Notes: generated from the letters alone by a model not told the origin. Numbered from the stretch's first letter, positions 42,989-53,395 are shown. The stretch: 64,000 nt of DNA from an uncultured Acidobacteriaceae bacterium (GCA_963738905.1 CAVTYG010000007.1:36034-100033), one strand, 5' to 3'. Numbers and translations are program-made.

Positions 42989-44338
42989 TTACGGAAACCT
43001 CAGCCCCGGCACGGCCTTCATGATGTCGTTGTAAATGACGACCACTGCGAATAACACCAGGAAGACAAACGCCGTCTGGTAGATCCGCTCTTTGATGCGG
43101 AGGCTGATGTCGCGGCGCAGCAGGCCCTCGATCGCCAGCATCAGAATCATGCCTCCATCGAGGATCGGAATCGGCAGCAGATTGAAGATGCCGAGGTTAA
43201 GACTGATGCCCGCCATGAGCGCGAGCAGCGGCGTCCAACCCGGCTGGCTTGCCGCTTCACCTGAAGCGCGAGCGATACCAATGGGGCCTTCCATCTGCTT
43301 GATCGAGGTCTGGCGCTGCACCATCTTGCGCACAAGATCTACGATGAGCAACGAGTACTTCTTGTTCTGATCCAGCGAACGATCGAGCGCGGCGGCAAAA
43401 GGCAGCTTGGTGACTGTGACCGGCTCCGACTGGAAACCGAGGCGGTAGCGCTTCTGGCCGCCATCTTCCGTCATTAACGGTGCGGTCGTGAACTTGAGTT
43501 CCTGGCCATTGCGGACCGCAGTTATCTCGACCGGCTTGCCGTCGCTCTTCTGCAGGTCCTGAATCACCGCCATCAGAGAACGTACGGGCGCGCCATCGAC
43601 GGCGACAATCTGGTCGCCGATGTGCAGGCCGGCTTGCGCCGCCGGCATCTTGGGTTCGAGTTGGGTGACGATGATCGGCTCGTCCGGCACCCACCCAATG
43701 CTACGCATCTGTTCGGGATCGGCCCAATTCGACGATGGTGCGATTTCCTTTTCAAGGAAATCATTCCCGCGCTGTACGGCGACGTCGAGAGGTTTGTTGG
43801 TCTGGATTGCAGACTTCAGCACCACGTCTTCCCAGGTCGGGTTTTGCCAGCCGTCAATTCGGACGATGCGGTCGCCGGCTTGAATTCCCGCCTTCGCCGC
43901 CGCCGAGTTATCAACCACCCAGCCGATCAATGCCGGCTGATCGAGATACACCGGGTGCTCGTAATGCACCATGTTGACGCCGGTCAGTAGACCGACCGCC
44001 AGCAGGATGTTCATTGCCGGGCCAGCCGCCGCAATTACGAAACGCTGCCAGCGGGGATGCGAACTGAACTCATCGGCAGCGCCACTGTGAGATTCCAGTG
44101 GATTCTCGCCGGCCATCTTGACGTAGCCGCCCAGGGGCAGGGCGCTGATGCGGTAATCGGTGTCACCTTTGCGGAAACCGAGCAGCCGCTTGCCGAACCC
44201 GATGGAGAAAACGTCAACCCTGACGCCGAATAACTTAGCTGCAGCGTAGTGGCCGAATTCGTGTACCAGGATCATGATCCCCAGTACTACTGCCACCCAT
44301 CCAATGTTGCGGACCGCCGCTATCGCAAATGATCCCAT
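42989..44338 (-). CDS. rseP: RIP (site-2) zinc metalloprotease RseP
   Basis: 449 aa; HEFGHY motif, two PDZ-like segments, C-terminal NLLPIPILDGG. Confidence 0.9.
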   Translation of the reverse strand: MGSFAIAAVRNIGWVAVVLGIMILVHEFGHYAAAKLFGVRVDVFSIGFGKRLLGFRKGDTDYRISALPLGGYVKMAGENPLESHSGAADEFSSHPRWQRFVIAAAGPAMNILLAVGLLTGVNMVHYEHPVYLDQPALIGWVVDNSAAAKAGIQAGDRIVRIDGWQNPTWEDVVLKSAIQTNKPLDVAVQRGNDFLEKEIAPSSNWADPEQMRSIGWVPDEPIIVTQLEPKMPAAQAGLHIGDQIVAVDGAPVRSLMAVIQDLQKSDGKPVEITAVRNGQELKFTTAPLMTEDGGQKRYRLGFQSEPVTVTKLPFAAALDRSLDQNKKYSLLIVDLVRKMVQRQTSIKQMEGPIGIARASGEAASQPGWTPLLALMAGISLNLGIFNLLPIPILDGGMILMLAIEGLLRRDISLRIKERIYQTAFVFLVLFAVVVIYNDIMKAVPGLRFP

Positions 44339-44356
44339 ATATACCTAACTCTAATG

Positions 44357-45556
44357 TTACTTATGCCTTATGGCCTCGTGCGAACGACCATCACCCATTT
44401 GTTGAAGACGATGCCGCGCCCTGCGGCGGGCGTCAGCGTCTAAGTTCAAGACCTGTTCAATAGATTCAGGTTTAATGGCGGGCGTTTCACGAAGTATAGC
44501 TTCTATTGTAGCCGGAATATCCTCGAATCCGATGGCGCCGTCCAGGAAAGCCGCGACCGCTACCTCGTCGGCTGCATTCAGCGCAATGGTTTTGGCGCCT
44601 CCAGCTTCGACTGCTTCGTAGGCCAAACGTAAGCAGGGAAACTTCTCCATATCGGGAGGGCTGAAATCGAGCTGGCGAAGCTCCGAAACCGGGAATCGGA
44701 GATTGGATTCGACCCGTTCGGGATAGGTGAGCGCGTACAGAATCGGTAACTGCATATCGGTGACCGAAAGCTGCGCCAGCAGGCTGCCGTCGACGAATTC
44801 GACCATGGAATGGATCGTGCTTTGGGGATGCACCAGAACGCTCACTTGATTGGCCGGCATGTCGAACAGGCGGCACGCCTCAATGACCTCGAAACCCTTG
44901 TTCATCAACGTCGCTGAGTCGATAGTTATACGCTTGCCCATCTTCCAGGTTGGATGGTTGAGCGCCTGCTCAACGGTAATGTGCGCAAAGAGACGCCGCG
45001 GCGTATGCAGGAACGGTCCGCCCGACGCCGTTAGCCAGATGCGATGCACTTCGTCGCGGCGACCACCGCGCAAACACTGATGGATGGCGTTGTGTTCGCT
45101 GTCGATGGGAAGCAGCGGCTTGCCCTGCTTATGCGCTTCGGCAACGATCAACTCACCGGCGGTGACCAGGCACTCTTTGTTCGCAACACCGATTGTCTTG
45201 CCGGCTTTGACCGCCGCGTAGGTGGCTTCCAGCCCGGCTACTCCCACGATCGCGCTGACCACAAAATCCGCATCAGGTTCCGTTGCGACCTTCACCGTTC
45301 CCGCAGAACCGTGGGTGATCTCGATCGAGTGAGCCAGACCGACTTTCTTCAGTTTGTCCTGCAGATGGTTGGCGGCTTCCGCCGACGCCATCGAGACAAT
45401 CTTCGGACGCCACCGCCGCGCCTGCTCAAATACCAGATCAACGTTGCCTCCGGCGGCGAGGCTTACCACCGAGAAGCGATCAGGAAACGCCTCTACGATC
45501 TTCAGCGTGCTTTTACCGATGGAGCCGGTCGAGCCGAGGATGGCGATTTGTTTCAT
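44357..45556 (-). CDS. dxr: 1-deoxy-D-xylulose 5-phosphate reductoisomerase
   Basis: Start at MKQIAILGSTGSIGKST (ATG 45554-45556). The upstream 79 codons of the 478-aa ORF are Arg/Cys-rich junk overlapping cdsA. Confidence 0.95.
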   Translation of the reverse strand: MKQIAILGSTGSIGKSTLKIVEAFPDRFSVVSLAAGGNVDLVFEQARRWRPKIVSMASAEAANHLQDKLKKVGLAHSIEITHGSAGTVKVATEPDADFVVSAIVGVAGLEATYAAVKAGKTIGVANKECLVTAGELIVAEAHKQGKPLLPIDSEHNAIHQCLRGGRRDEVHRIWLTASGGPFLHTPRRLFAHITVEQALNHPTWKMGKRITIDSATLMNKGFEVIEACRLFDMPANQVSVLVHPQSTIHSMVEFVDGSLLAQLSVTDMQLPILYALTYPERVESNLRFPVSELRQLDFSPPDMEKFPCLRLAYEAVEAGGAKTIALNAADEVAVAAFLDGAIGFEDIPATIEAILRETPAIKPESIEQVLNLDADARRRARHRLQQMGDGRSHEAIRHK

Positions 45557-45573
45557 GGATTCACTGCCAAGTA

Positions 45574-46515
45574 TCACACGATCCGGAACAGGAATTGCAT
45601 TCCGCTTATATAGAACAACCACCCGACAGGTATGGCAAACAGCAGGGCATCGATGCGGTCGAGAACGCCGCCGTGGCCTGGAACAATTGTGCCCGAATCC
45701 TTTACTCCTGCGCCTCGTTTCATAGCCGATTCCACCAGGTCCCCGATTTGAGCCGCCACATTTACACACAGACCAAATAGAACAACCAGCCAAACCGGGG
45801 CGGTGAGACTGGCGAATACTGGACCGCTATGGCTGGCATCCACAAAGAAGTTGTGGCGGAGATCGAGCAAGTGGAGCTTTGACAGACCAACTTCAATCGA
45901 GACCGAGTAGCGAAACAGAAGAAGAGCAACGATGATCGATCCGATTGCCGAAGCGATGGCCCCTTCCCAGGTCTTGCCCGGGCTTACCCTTGGCGCCAGT
46001 TTGTGTTTGCCCAGAGCCCGGCCCACATAGTACGCCGCTATATCGCCAGTCCAGACCATGAGCATCAGATACAACACGAAAATCGCGCCGGTACCGAACA
46101 CTGCGCGGAAAACGACGATCAGAACCAGCGGGACCGCGATGTACGGCACCAGAAAGAACGACACCGCCGCGTCACCTAAAGCCTGCGAAAGTGAATCTCG
46201 CGTCATCGCCACTGTCAGAAAGACGAAGCAAAACAAGATCAGCGGCACGATCAGCATCAACACTGAAATCAAAACTACAGGGGTGACCTGAAGCTTGACG
46301 GCGGCCACAGAAAAACTGGCGAAAACCCATGTGATCAGAATGTAGTCGAGGTTTCGAAAGGGTTTGAAGCCGGTTGCGGTGGCTATCTCAAAATACTCAT
46401 GCGCCGCCAGCACCGCGACTCCAAACACGAACAGGGTGAACAGCCACAGCGGCGCCTTGAAAAGCGCGATCACAACGATGGGAATGAGAATAATCGCGGT
46501 CAGGGCCCGTTTCAC
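45574..46515 (-). CDS. cdsA: phosphatidate cytidylyltransferase
   Basis: 313 aa, polytopic; signature SAMKRGAGVKDSGTIVPGHGGVLDRID. Confidence 0.9.
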   Translation of the reverse strand: MKRALTAIILIPIVVIALFKAPLWLFTLFVFGVAVLAAHEYFEIATATGFKPFRNLDYILITWVFASFSVAAVKLQVTPVVLISVLMLIVPLILFCFVFLTVAMTRDSLSQALGDAAVSFFLVPYIAVPLVLIVVFRAVFGTGAIFVLYLMLMVWTGDIAAYYVGRALGKHKLAPRVSPGKTWEGAIASAIGSIIVALLLFRYSVSIEVGLSKLHLLDLRHNFFVDASHSGPVFASLTAPVWLVVLFGLCVNVAAQIGDLVESAMKRGAGVKDSGTIVPGHGGVLDRIDALLFAIPVGWLFYISGMQFLFRIV

Positions 46516-47300
46516 GAGGGATGCCCGTCGCCAATGAGTCCGCCAAACCGGCGCTCGCGTTTCTGAAACGCTTCAATCGATTCCAGCAATTCGCTGCCGC
46601 GAAAATCCGGCCAGAGTGTATCGGTCACATAGATCTCAGCATACGCAGCCTGCCACAGCAGGAAATTACTCAAGCGCATTTCGCCGCTGGTCCGGATCAG
46701 CAGGTCGAGTTCCGGCAGTCCGCGGGTGTAGAGGTGCCGCGCGATCGCGTTCTCATCGACCTTCATATGATCGAGCCCGCCGTTGCGCGAGGCCTCGCGT
46801 GCCAGCGCCTGAAAGCAGTCCACCATTTCCGTTCGCGCACCGTAGTTCAGGGCAAGAGTCAGCACCATGCCGGTGTTCTTCTCTGTGGACTCCCGCGCCC
46901 ACGACATGCGCTCCTGCACCTCCTGCGGAAGCTCCTGCTGGCGGCCGATGTACTGCAGCTTGATGTTGTTTTCCAGCAGGGTCGGCAGCTCCATCATGAG
47001 ATAGCGGCGTAACAGGTTCATCAGGTAGCTGACTTCCGACTTGGGACGCTTCCAGTTTTCCGCCGAAAACGAATACAGCGTCAGGGCCGGGATGCCGATG
47101 CGCGCCGCGGTTTCGATGGTCGAACGCACTGCGGCCACGCCGGCGCGATGCCCGGCGATGCGCGGCAAATGGCGGCGTTTGGCCCATCGGCCATTACCGT
47201 CCATGATGATGGCTACGTGATGTGGAAGCCGTTCCGGATCGAGGCGGGAGTAGACCTCAGCCTCTTTGCGGTTCAGCCCGGCGGGAACAGTCGCGCGCAA
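46512..47300 (-). CDS. uppS: di-trans,poly-cis-undecaprenyl-diphosphate synthase
   Basis: 262 aa; HVAIIMDGNGRWA and the RTSGE.RLSNFLLWQ motif; TTG start. Confidence 0.95.
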   Translation of the reverse strand: MRATVPAGLNRKEAEVYSRLDPERLPHHVAIIMDGNGRWAKRRHLPRIAGHRAGVAAVRSTIETAARIGIPALTLYSFSAENWKRPKSEVSYLMNLLRRYLMMELPTLLENNIKLQYIGRQQELPQEVQERMSWARESTEKNTGMVLTLALNYGARTEMVDCFQALAREASRNGGLDHMKVDENAIARHLYTRGLPELDLLIRTSGEMRLSNFLLWQAAYAEIYVTDTLWPDFRGSELLESIEAFQKRERRFGGLIGDGHPS

Positions 47301-47399
47301 AGCGAAACCTCTTGCAAACTATTGAAAATAACACAGGATAGCGGCCTGCTGCAATGAACTTGCCGAGCTCAGGCTCGCGTTCTCAGGGACAGTCGAGAA

Positions 47400-47978
47400 C
47401 TAAACGTCCAGCACGCCTGAGGTTCCGGGTGCATTGTCATCACCGTCGTGTGGACCCTTGGGGCCGCCTTCGCGCATTTTGGCGGTTATCTCTTCGATGG
47501 TTACCTCAACCACGGCAGTCGAGGCGAGGTGGGATGACGGCGCCGGAGTATAGTCTCGTCCTGCTGCGCGCCCGGAAAAGTAGCGCGCAGTCATGGCTTC
47601 GAACATCCTGCGCTTGACCTCCTCGTCCTCGACCCTGCGGCCGCGGCCAAAGCACATCACACAACGGTAGTTGGCCGAGTGATACTTCGCGTCGCGGGAA
47701 TACACCAGCCCGTCTAGTTGGGTGACGGTAATGCAAACGGGAATGCCCGTTTCCAGCACTTGTATCGCTCGACTGTAGGACCCGCTGTGTAAATAGATGC
47801 TGTCGGGTCGCTCAGTCGAATAGTGGTACAGCATTGGAATCACGTAGGGACGGCCATCCTGCACGAAGCCAACGTGGGCAACCTGCCCCTGCTCGAGGAA
47901 TTCCTGTGCGCGCAACGGCACAGCACGTTCAGGATGCTGCCCAATTGTGGTTTCCCAGTTACCGGACGCGTCTGCCAT
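47400..47978 (-). CDS. pyridoxamine 5'-phosphate oxidase-family FMN-binding protein
   Basis: Start at MADASGNWE (ATG 47976-47978); split-barrel-like GQVAHVGFVQDGRPYVIPMLYHY. Confidence 0.7.
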   Translation of the reverse strand: MADASGNWETTIGQHPERAVPLRAQEFLEQGQVAHVGFVQDGRPYVIPMLYHYSTERPDSIYLHSGSYSRAIQVLETGIPVCITVTQLDGLVYSRDAKYHSANYRCVMCFGRGRRVEDEEVKRRMFEAMTARYFSGRAAGRDYTPAPSSHLASTAVVEVTIEEITAKMREGGPKGPHDGDDNAPGTSGVLDV

Positions 47979-48040
47979 GGCGACTCCTACGCATAAGCAT
48001 CGCCGAAAACCAGACGGAAGGAAAGGGAGGGTGATTCCGC

Positions 48041-49192
48041 CTAGATGGCCGTTAACTCGTTCTGCACGAGCCGAGGCTCCAGCGCCAAGCGCTGTTCCGC
48101 CACGCGCAGGAACCACTGGTTCATTACCACGTTACGGCAGAAGGATTGGCTGCGCAGTAGTCGCCGCCCGGCGAACTCTTTGATGGCATGGGGAAGCAGC
48201 TTCGAGAGCTTGTCGAGGCGGCTGTGCTCGCGCGCCAATCGGGTATTGAGCAAATCGGAGTAAAGCGCCAGCTTCTTTGTGCTGTAATCGCCTGCGGCGG
48301 CAGCAATGGCATGGGCGGCAATCAACCCCGACTCGATTGCTGGACGAATGCCCTCTCCGCTCTCGGCGTATGCGACTCCTGCGGCGTCCCCAATCAGCAG
48401 CACACCCTCATCCACGATCTTTCGATGGGAGTGCCCGAACAATCCGTAGGCGTGCCCGGCGATTCCGGAATTCGGAATTGTCACCCCTCGCGCCTGCCCC
48501 AGGTAGGTGGCGAACTCTTTCATGTGGCGCGAGATTTCGTGCTGGTCCGTACGCCCTAGTCCCACATTGAGGTAGTCATCTTTGCGGAAGACCCACCCAT
48601 AGCCACGCATGTCGTCGCAAAAGAAGAGTTCCGGAACTTCCGGCGCGATCCTGCACTGTCCCTCCTCTGCAGCATCCAGCTGGAATTCGATTTCCTGGGC
48701 CACCACCGGCGCCTCAGAACTCTTGTTTCCCAGATAACGGCTGACCGGGCAAAAATGACCTCCGGCGCCCACCAGCATCATCGCCCAGATCTCGCCATTG
48801 ATGAGCCATCCACCGTTCACCCGCTCAATCGAGGTCAGCGAGACGCCTTCCCGCACCTGCGCTCCCGATCGCCGCAGCAGGAACTCGTCGAACTCGCAAC
48901 GCCGGATGCCGTAGCTGACGATCTTGTCGTCTCGGACCTCCACTTGGGGGGCGCCAATCGCATTCAGACGGAAGCCGGTAATCGGCTGGATGGTCCGGTC
49001 GTGCGAATACTCTTCCGCCGTGAATTCCAACTCGTCGAGCACCAGCGGAGTAATCCATCCCGCGCAGAGTTTGTTGCGCGGAAAGTTGGCGCGATCGATA
49101 ACCAGCACGCTGAGATCGGAATCGCGCAGTGCCCGCGCGCACGACGATCCTGCCGGACCGCCACCGACAATCACTACATCGCACGCGTCCAT
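48041..49192 (-). CDS. FAD-dependent oxidoreductase, geranylgeranyl-reductase-like
   Basis: Start at MDACDVVIVGGGPAGSSCA (GxGxxG); LIGDAAGV motif; 19-nt overlap with the upstream methyltransferase gene. Confidence 0.8.
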   Translation of the reverse strand: MDACDVVIVGGGPAGSSCARALRDSDLSVLVIDRANFPRNKLCAGWITPLVLDELEFTAEEYSHDRTIQPITGFRLNAIGAPQVEVRDDKIVSYGIRRCEFDEFLLRRSGAQVREGVSLTSIERVNGGWLINGEIWAMMLVGAGGHFCPVSRYLGNKSSEAPVVAQEIEFQLDAAEEGQCRIAPEVPELFFCDDMRGYGWVFRKDDYLNVGLGRTDQHEISRHMKEFATYLGQARGVTIPNSGIAGHAYGLFGHSHRKIVDEGVLLIGDAAGVAYAESGEGIRPAIESGLIAAHAIAAAAGDYSTKKLALYSDLLNTRLAREHSRLDKLSKLLPHAIKEFAGRRLLRSQSFCRNVVMNQWFLRVAEQRLALEPRLVQNELTAI

Positions 49193-50415
49193 AACTCTGT
49201 ATCCGGCTCCTCGCGGAAGGGAACGTACAGGTCTTCGCGCGTCCAGGGTACAAACGCGCTCCGGTTGCCCGCGAACAGCACCTGGAAGAGTTGCAGATTG
49301 CCAGTGCGGAACGCAGCGACCGACCCGGCAAGGTAGAGCCGCCACATACGCGCAAACTCCAGGCCGCGTGTGCGCACTACCGTATCAAAGGCCGCTTCGA
49401 AGCGCGCCAGCCAGTGTTCCAGGGTCTTGGCGTAATGCATGCGCAGGTTTTCGACATCAAGGATGCTGTAGTTTTGCGGCTCGAGCACATCCATCGACTC
49501 CCGCAGGGTCGGTGCATACCCGCCCGGGAAAATACGTCTCCGAATCCACCCGTTCAGTGGCCGCGGACGATTGCGCCCGATGTAGTGCAAAAAACCGCGG
49601 CCGGTCTCCCCGATGGTGCGGTGAATCACGCGGCCTAGCTCACGGTAGTGGTCGAGACCTACGTGTTCCAGCATTCCCACCGAGCAGAACACATCGAACT
49701 TATTACCTGCGTTGCGATAGTCATCTTCGATGAATTCGACTTGCGACGTCACTCCTTCACGTCGCGCCCACTCTCGCGCGTAAACAATCTGCTCGCGTGA
49801 GATGTTGAATGCCTTTACCTGCGCGCCGTAATTCTGCGCCATGTAAATCGCCAGCGCTCCCCAGCCACAGCCCACCTCGATGACCGATTCTCCCGGTTGC
49901 AGACGAAGCTTGCGGCAGACCATCTCGAGCTTGGCCTCCTGCGCCGCTTCCAGCGAGGCTTCCGGAGTCGGAAAGTAGGCACACGTATAGAGCATTCGTT
50001 CATCAAGCCAAAGACGATAGAAGTCGTTGGAGAGGTCGTAATGACGGTGGATGTTCGTCTTCGAGCCGTCCTGGGTGTTGTTGTGTTTCCAGTCCAGCCA
50101 CTTCGAGCGAAGTCGCTTGTACCAGGTTGCGGGACCCGAGAACGACCGATAAACAAACTCCAGGCTGCGGACCAGATCTCCGTCCATTTCGACCTGGCCG
50201 GATGAGTAGGCCTCTCCGAACCGTAGCTCGGGATCCATAGCTATGGCCAGCAAAGTGGAGCGTTCAGGAATGCGCAGCGTGCCGATGATCGGCTCATTCG
50301 TGTCTGGCAGGTCCTCAACGTCGCGGAGCACTAAGGCGATCGGCACGGGTCCGAGCAGGCGGCGTAGAAAGGCGAGCAGTTTACGGTCTATCCCGGAGGT
50401 CGTTGTTGGGCTCAC
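49174..50415 (-). CDS. cyclopropane-fatty-acyl-phospholipid synthase-family SAM-dependent methyltransferase
   Basis: VIEVGCGWGALAIYMAQ SAM motif; RFGEAYSSGQVEMDGDL N-terminal region; SVGMLEHVG. GTG 50415 is preceded by GAGGGGGAAG, and the longer ORF start overlaps the MFS gene. Confidence 0.85.
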   Translation of the reverse strand: MSPTTTSGIDRKLLAFLRRLLGPVPIALVLRDVEDLPDTNEPIIGTLRIPERSTLLAIAMDPELRFGEAYSSGQVEMDGDLVRSLEFVYRSFSGPATWYKRLRSKWLDWKHNNTQDGSKTNIHRHYDLSNDFYRLWLDERMLYTCAYFPTPEASLEAAQEAKLEMVCRKLRLQPGESVIEVGCGWGALAIYMAQNYGAQVKAFNISREQIVYAREWARREGVTSQVEFIEDDYRNAGNKFDVFCSVGMLEHVGLDHYRELGRVIHRTIGETGRGFLHYIGRNRPRPLNGWIRRRIFPGGYAPTLRESMDVLEPQNYSILDVENLRMHYAKTLEHWLARFEAAFDTVVRTRGLEFARMWRLYLAGSVAAFRTGNLQLFQVLFAGNRSAFVPWTREDLYVPFREEPDTELWTRAM

Positions 50416-50491
50416 AGCTTCCCCCTCAGCACAGATAACGGTTGCGGTTATCCCCGCTGACTTGCAATCTATCGTTTGGGGCGCGCTTTGT

Positions 50492-51859
50492 CTAGGCTGC
50501 TGATGTCGCCGTAGTGATGGTCTCCAGACCGTGCGCGTCGGGGCCGGTTTCGCGCGCCCGCAACAGCAGGGCAAAGAACAGCGCCAGGAATCCCAGGATG
50601 GAAAACATCCACATTCCCAAGGCATAGCCGTGGAAATTGTCCGGTCCGGCGTGCCCGATGTCGTTGGCCTTGCCGATGGCCAGGTTGAAGATGAAGAACC
50701 CGACCTGTTGCAGCAGGCTCATCAGCGCGTAGGCCGTGCCGAGGCGGTGTTCGTTGACGATGTAGGCAACCGAAGGCCACATGACGGCCGGTATCAGCGA
50801 GAACGCGATGCCCATCAGTGACACCGGAACCATGAGCGAAACGTTACTGTAGGCGATCATCAGGTACACCGGCATCATTAGAAATGAGCCGACCACCATC
50901 AGCGTGGCGCGCTTGCCGATTTTGTCGGCCAGCAAGCCGAACAGCGGAGTTGCAATCATGGCGGAGAAGGGAAGAACACTGTTGTAGAAGCCGGCACGGC
51001 TTTGCGCAGCCGCGAAAGCTGCCGTTGAATTAGCGGCCGCCGCGCCCATCTGCGAGAGAATCTTGCTGCTGAAAATATCGATGGCGAAAGTGCGGAATGG
51101 AAAGATCCCCGAGTAGAAGGTGAAACAGAGCGCTACGACGTACCAATATGAGGGATTGAACTTGAGGCCTTCCGTGAAACTCAGTTTGTCGGGCTCGCCC
51201 GACTTGCCGAGGTGATAGCGCTTGTCAGCGTAACCTTCCAGCGCCCAGTACACTGCTGCACCGATTACGGCGGTTGATCCCACGACGACTGCCAGCACCA
51301 GCGGACGATGCCAGCTCGGCTGCGCGTCCACTCCGTTGGGAAAGAACGCAAACTTCGCCCAGGTGGGCGAGTTGTCGGCGGCGATCGAAGCCATGCGTGC
51401 GATCGTCAGGTTGATACCGAAGGCGAAGCTGAGTTCCTTGCCCTTGAACCACCGCGCCAGCGCGGTGGTGACAGCGACAATTTGCGACTCCGCGCCCAAA
51501 CCCACCAAGGTACGTCCGGCGACCATAGTGTAGAAGCTGCCTTTGAGCGCGGTCAGAATGGCTCCCATGACGATCAAGGCCGAGAACAGCATCAGCGACT
51601 TCTTGATCCCGAAACGGTCGATGAGAATGCCGCCAATCAGCAGCGTCAACACCGCCGCGACGCTATAGCTGGCATTCAGCCACCCGAACATCGAGGCCGA
51701 GAAGCCGAGTTGCTCCAGGAAAATGCGTTCAAGCGGATTGATGCTGTCATAAACGTAGTAATTGCCGAACATTGCCAGGCTGACGAAGATCAGCACCAGC
51801 CAGCGGTAGAGCTGGCTCGGCCGGGGGCGGGAGTCGATGGTCACTTCACCGACGGACAT
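50492..51859 (-). CDS. MFS transporter
   Basis: 455 aa, about 12 TM; GGAGG precedes the ATG. Confidence 0.85.
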   Translation of the reverse strand: MSVGEVTIDSRPRPSQLYRWLVLIFVSLAMFGNYYVYDSINPLERIFLEQLGFSASMFGWLNASYSVAAVLTLLIGGILIDRFGIKKSLMLFSALIVMGAILTALKGSFYTMVAGRTLVGLGAESQIVAVTTALARWFKGKELSFAFGINLTIARMASIAADNSPTWAKFAFFPNGVDAQPSWHRPLVLAVVVGSTAVIGAAVYWALEGYADKRYHLGKSGEPDKLSFTEGLKFNPSYWYVVALCFTFYSGIFPFRTFAIDIFSSKILSQMGAAAANSTAAFAAAQSRAGFYNSVLPFSAMIATPLFGLLADKIGKRATLMVVGSFLMMPVYLMIAYSNVSLMVPVSLMGIAFSLIPAVMWPSVAYIVNEHRLGTAYALMSLLQQVGFFIFNLAIGKANDIGHAGPDNFHGYALGMWMFSILGFLALFFALLLRARETGPDAHGLETITTATSAA

Positions 51860-52006
51860 TCTCCTCCTCGTTAGTGGAGTGCATCAAGGTTGTAAGTTAT
51901 TCGCGTTGTAATAATCTCATAACCGGCACACGGGGGCGGTGGAGCGGCGGCAGGCACTGCAGTCGTCTCCCACATCCCGAATCTGGAATGTGTTGGACAA
52001 CCGAGA

Positions 52007-52300
52007 TCACGGAAGCGAAGCGATGACTTTGCGGTATTCGTCCTCGTTAAAAGCCTTGAGTGTCTCCGTGGTGATGCTCCCGAGTGCCGCAACCGACAAC
52101 ATGAACTTGGCGCAAACATCGTCGTCGGGAAACTCGGTGAGGATGACGGCATCGTAGTGTCCCATCGTGAGGTGCCACGACGTGATCTTCCCGCCTATGG
52201 AGGCGGCGACCTTGCGGGCAGCATCGAGCCGGGCCGGGCTTTGTTTAATGTTCGCGATTCCCTGGGGCGTGAATCGCAGCAGTCCGATATAGTGTGGCAT
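52007..52300 (-). CDS. GYD-domain protein
   Basis: 97 aa from MPHYIGLLRF..; GHYD motif. The start is preferred at 52300, with GGAGG 6 nt upstream. Confidence 0.75.
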   Translation of the reverse strand: MPHYIGLLRFTPQGIANIKQSPARLDAARKVAASIGGKITSWHLTMGHYDAVILTEFPDDDVCAKFMLSVAALGSITTETLKAFNEDEYRKVIASLP

Positions 52301-52486
52301 GAGCATCCTCCGCTCTTCAGACGGTGCCATTATGCTACAGGTCCGTGCGGTGCCACGTTGGTTCTTTGCCCGCGCCCTGGCGCGTACGGCGCCGTGAAGT
52401 GAGGCAATCTTCTGATCAGTACCTGACAAGTGACGGGCGAAGGCGAGTCTCAGCTTGCTTTCCAGGTACTCGGAAGTTCATAATCC

Positions 52487-52500
52487 GCAATCGCGATTGC
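52487..52500. promoter_or_regulatory. perfect 14-bp palindrome GCAATCGCGATTGC, 4 nt upstream of the ATG at 52505
   Basis: Read directly. Confidence 0.25.
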
Positions 52501-52504
52501 CCCT

Positions 52505-53395
52505 ATGTATAACCCTGCCGTTAGCCATCCTGGGCCGCGGCCTTACCGCCGACGTCCCCTCCACCGAGTCGCAGTTGTTACATTCCCAGTGCTGCTGCTC
52601 GCCAGCCTGTTGCTCGCCTGCAAAACCACCAGCGAAGCTACCAGCGCGGCCGCGAAGCTTACCAGTACTTCGCAGCAGCTCTCGGATTACTACACCGACC
52701 TTTCGAGCCAGGTGGATGACACCGTCGCTCTGAATCAACTACAGTCCGCGATGCTTGGGGTACAGTTCGACGAGTCTGATCGGCAGCGTTTGAGTATCAC
52801 GAAAGAGGAGTTGGGTAAGCGCGCCGCCATGGCAAAGGCCATGGGAACCCTGGCAAGCGCATATTCTGCCCTGGCGGGCTCGAAGTCCGGTACCGACATA
52901 GGCAACGCTGCGTCAGACCTGGCGAAACAGTGTTCCACGATACAGAAGCTACCCGGAGGTTCGGCGATTCCCGACGCGTTATCGCAGGGCAGTCAGCAAC
53001 TGGTGGAACTGGTGCGCGCGCGTAAATTGCAGCAAAGTTCACAGGCAATCAGTAAGGCCGTGGGCGGCATACAAGAGTTGTTTACCGCCGAGGCTCCGGT
53101 ATATGAGTCGATTGAAAAGCAGCGCGTTACTCTGGCGCAGAGCCTCGCGGTGCAGTTGGTACAAAAAGATATGGTCGACACCAACTCAATCCTGGCGCCG
53201 GCGCTCAAGCCGTTTGATCTGACCACGAAGGCCACGTCAGCTCAGACGCCGGTAGAGTTTCATAAGTTCGCGGAGACCAGGATTCAAACCAGCGCCGACA
53301 ATCAGATTGCTGCCTACCGGAAGAGCACCGACGCGCTGTCGGAATCGCTGAAGTCCGTGCGAAAACAAGTTGACGCCGTCGCCGGCAAACACTGA
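52505..53395 (+). CDS. hypothetical all-helical lipoprotein
   Basis: 296 aa; lipobox-like LLLAC after a basic n-region; A/S/Q/L/K-rich helical composition. Confidence 0.55.
   Translation: MYNPAVSHPGPRPYRRRPLHRVAVVTFPVLLLASLLLACKTTSEATSAAAKLTSTSQQLSDYYTDLSSQVDDTVALNQLQSAMLGVQFDESDRQRLSITKEELGKRAAMAKAMGTLASAYSALAGSKSGTDIGNAASDLAKQCSTIQKLPGGSAIPDALSQGSQQLVELVRARKLQQSSQAISKAVGGIQELFTAEAPVYESIEKQRVTLAQSLAVQLVQKDMVDTNSILAPALKPFDLTTKATSAQTPVEFHKFAETRIQTSADNQIAAYRKSTDALSESLKSVRKQVDAVAGKH

Noticed and set aside
45557-45793. 79-codon N-terminal extension of the dxr ORF. Similar extensions occur on the ORFs starting at 48116, 49345, 50625, 52429, 16773, 25064 and 34836.
   Set aside because: The extensions are Arg/Cys/Pro-rich, overlap upstream genes or repeats, and precede canonical N-termini (for example MKQIAILGSTGSIG). 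Internal starts were chosen instead.
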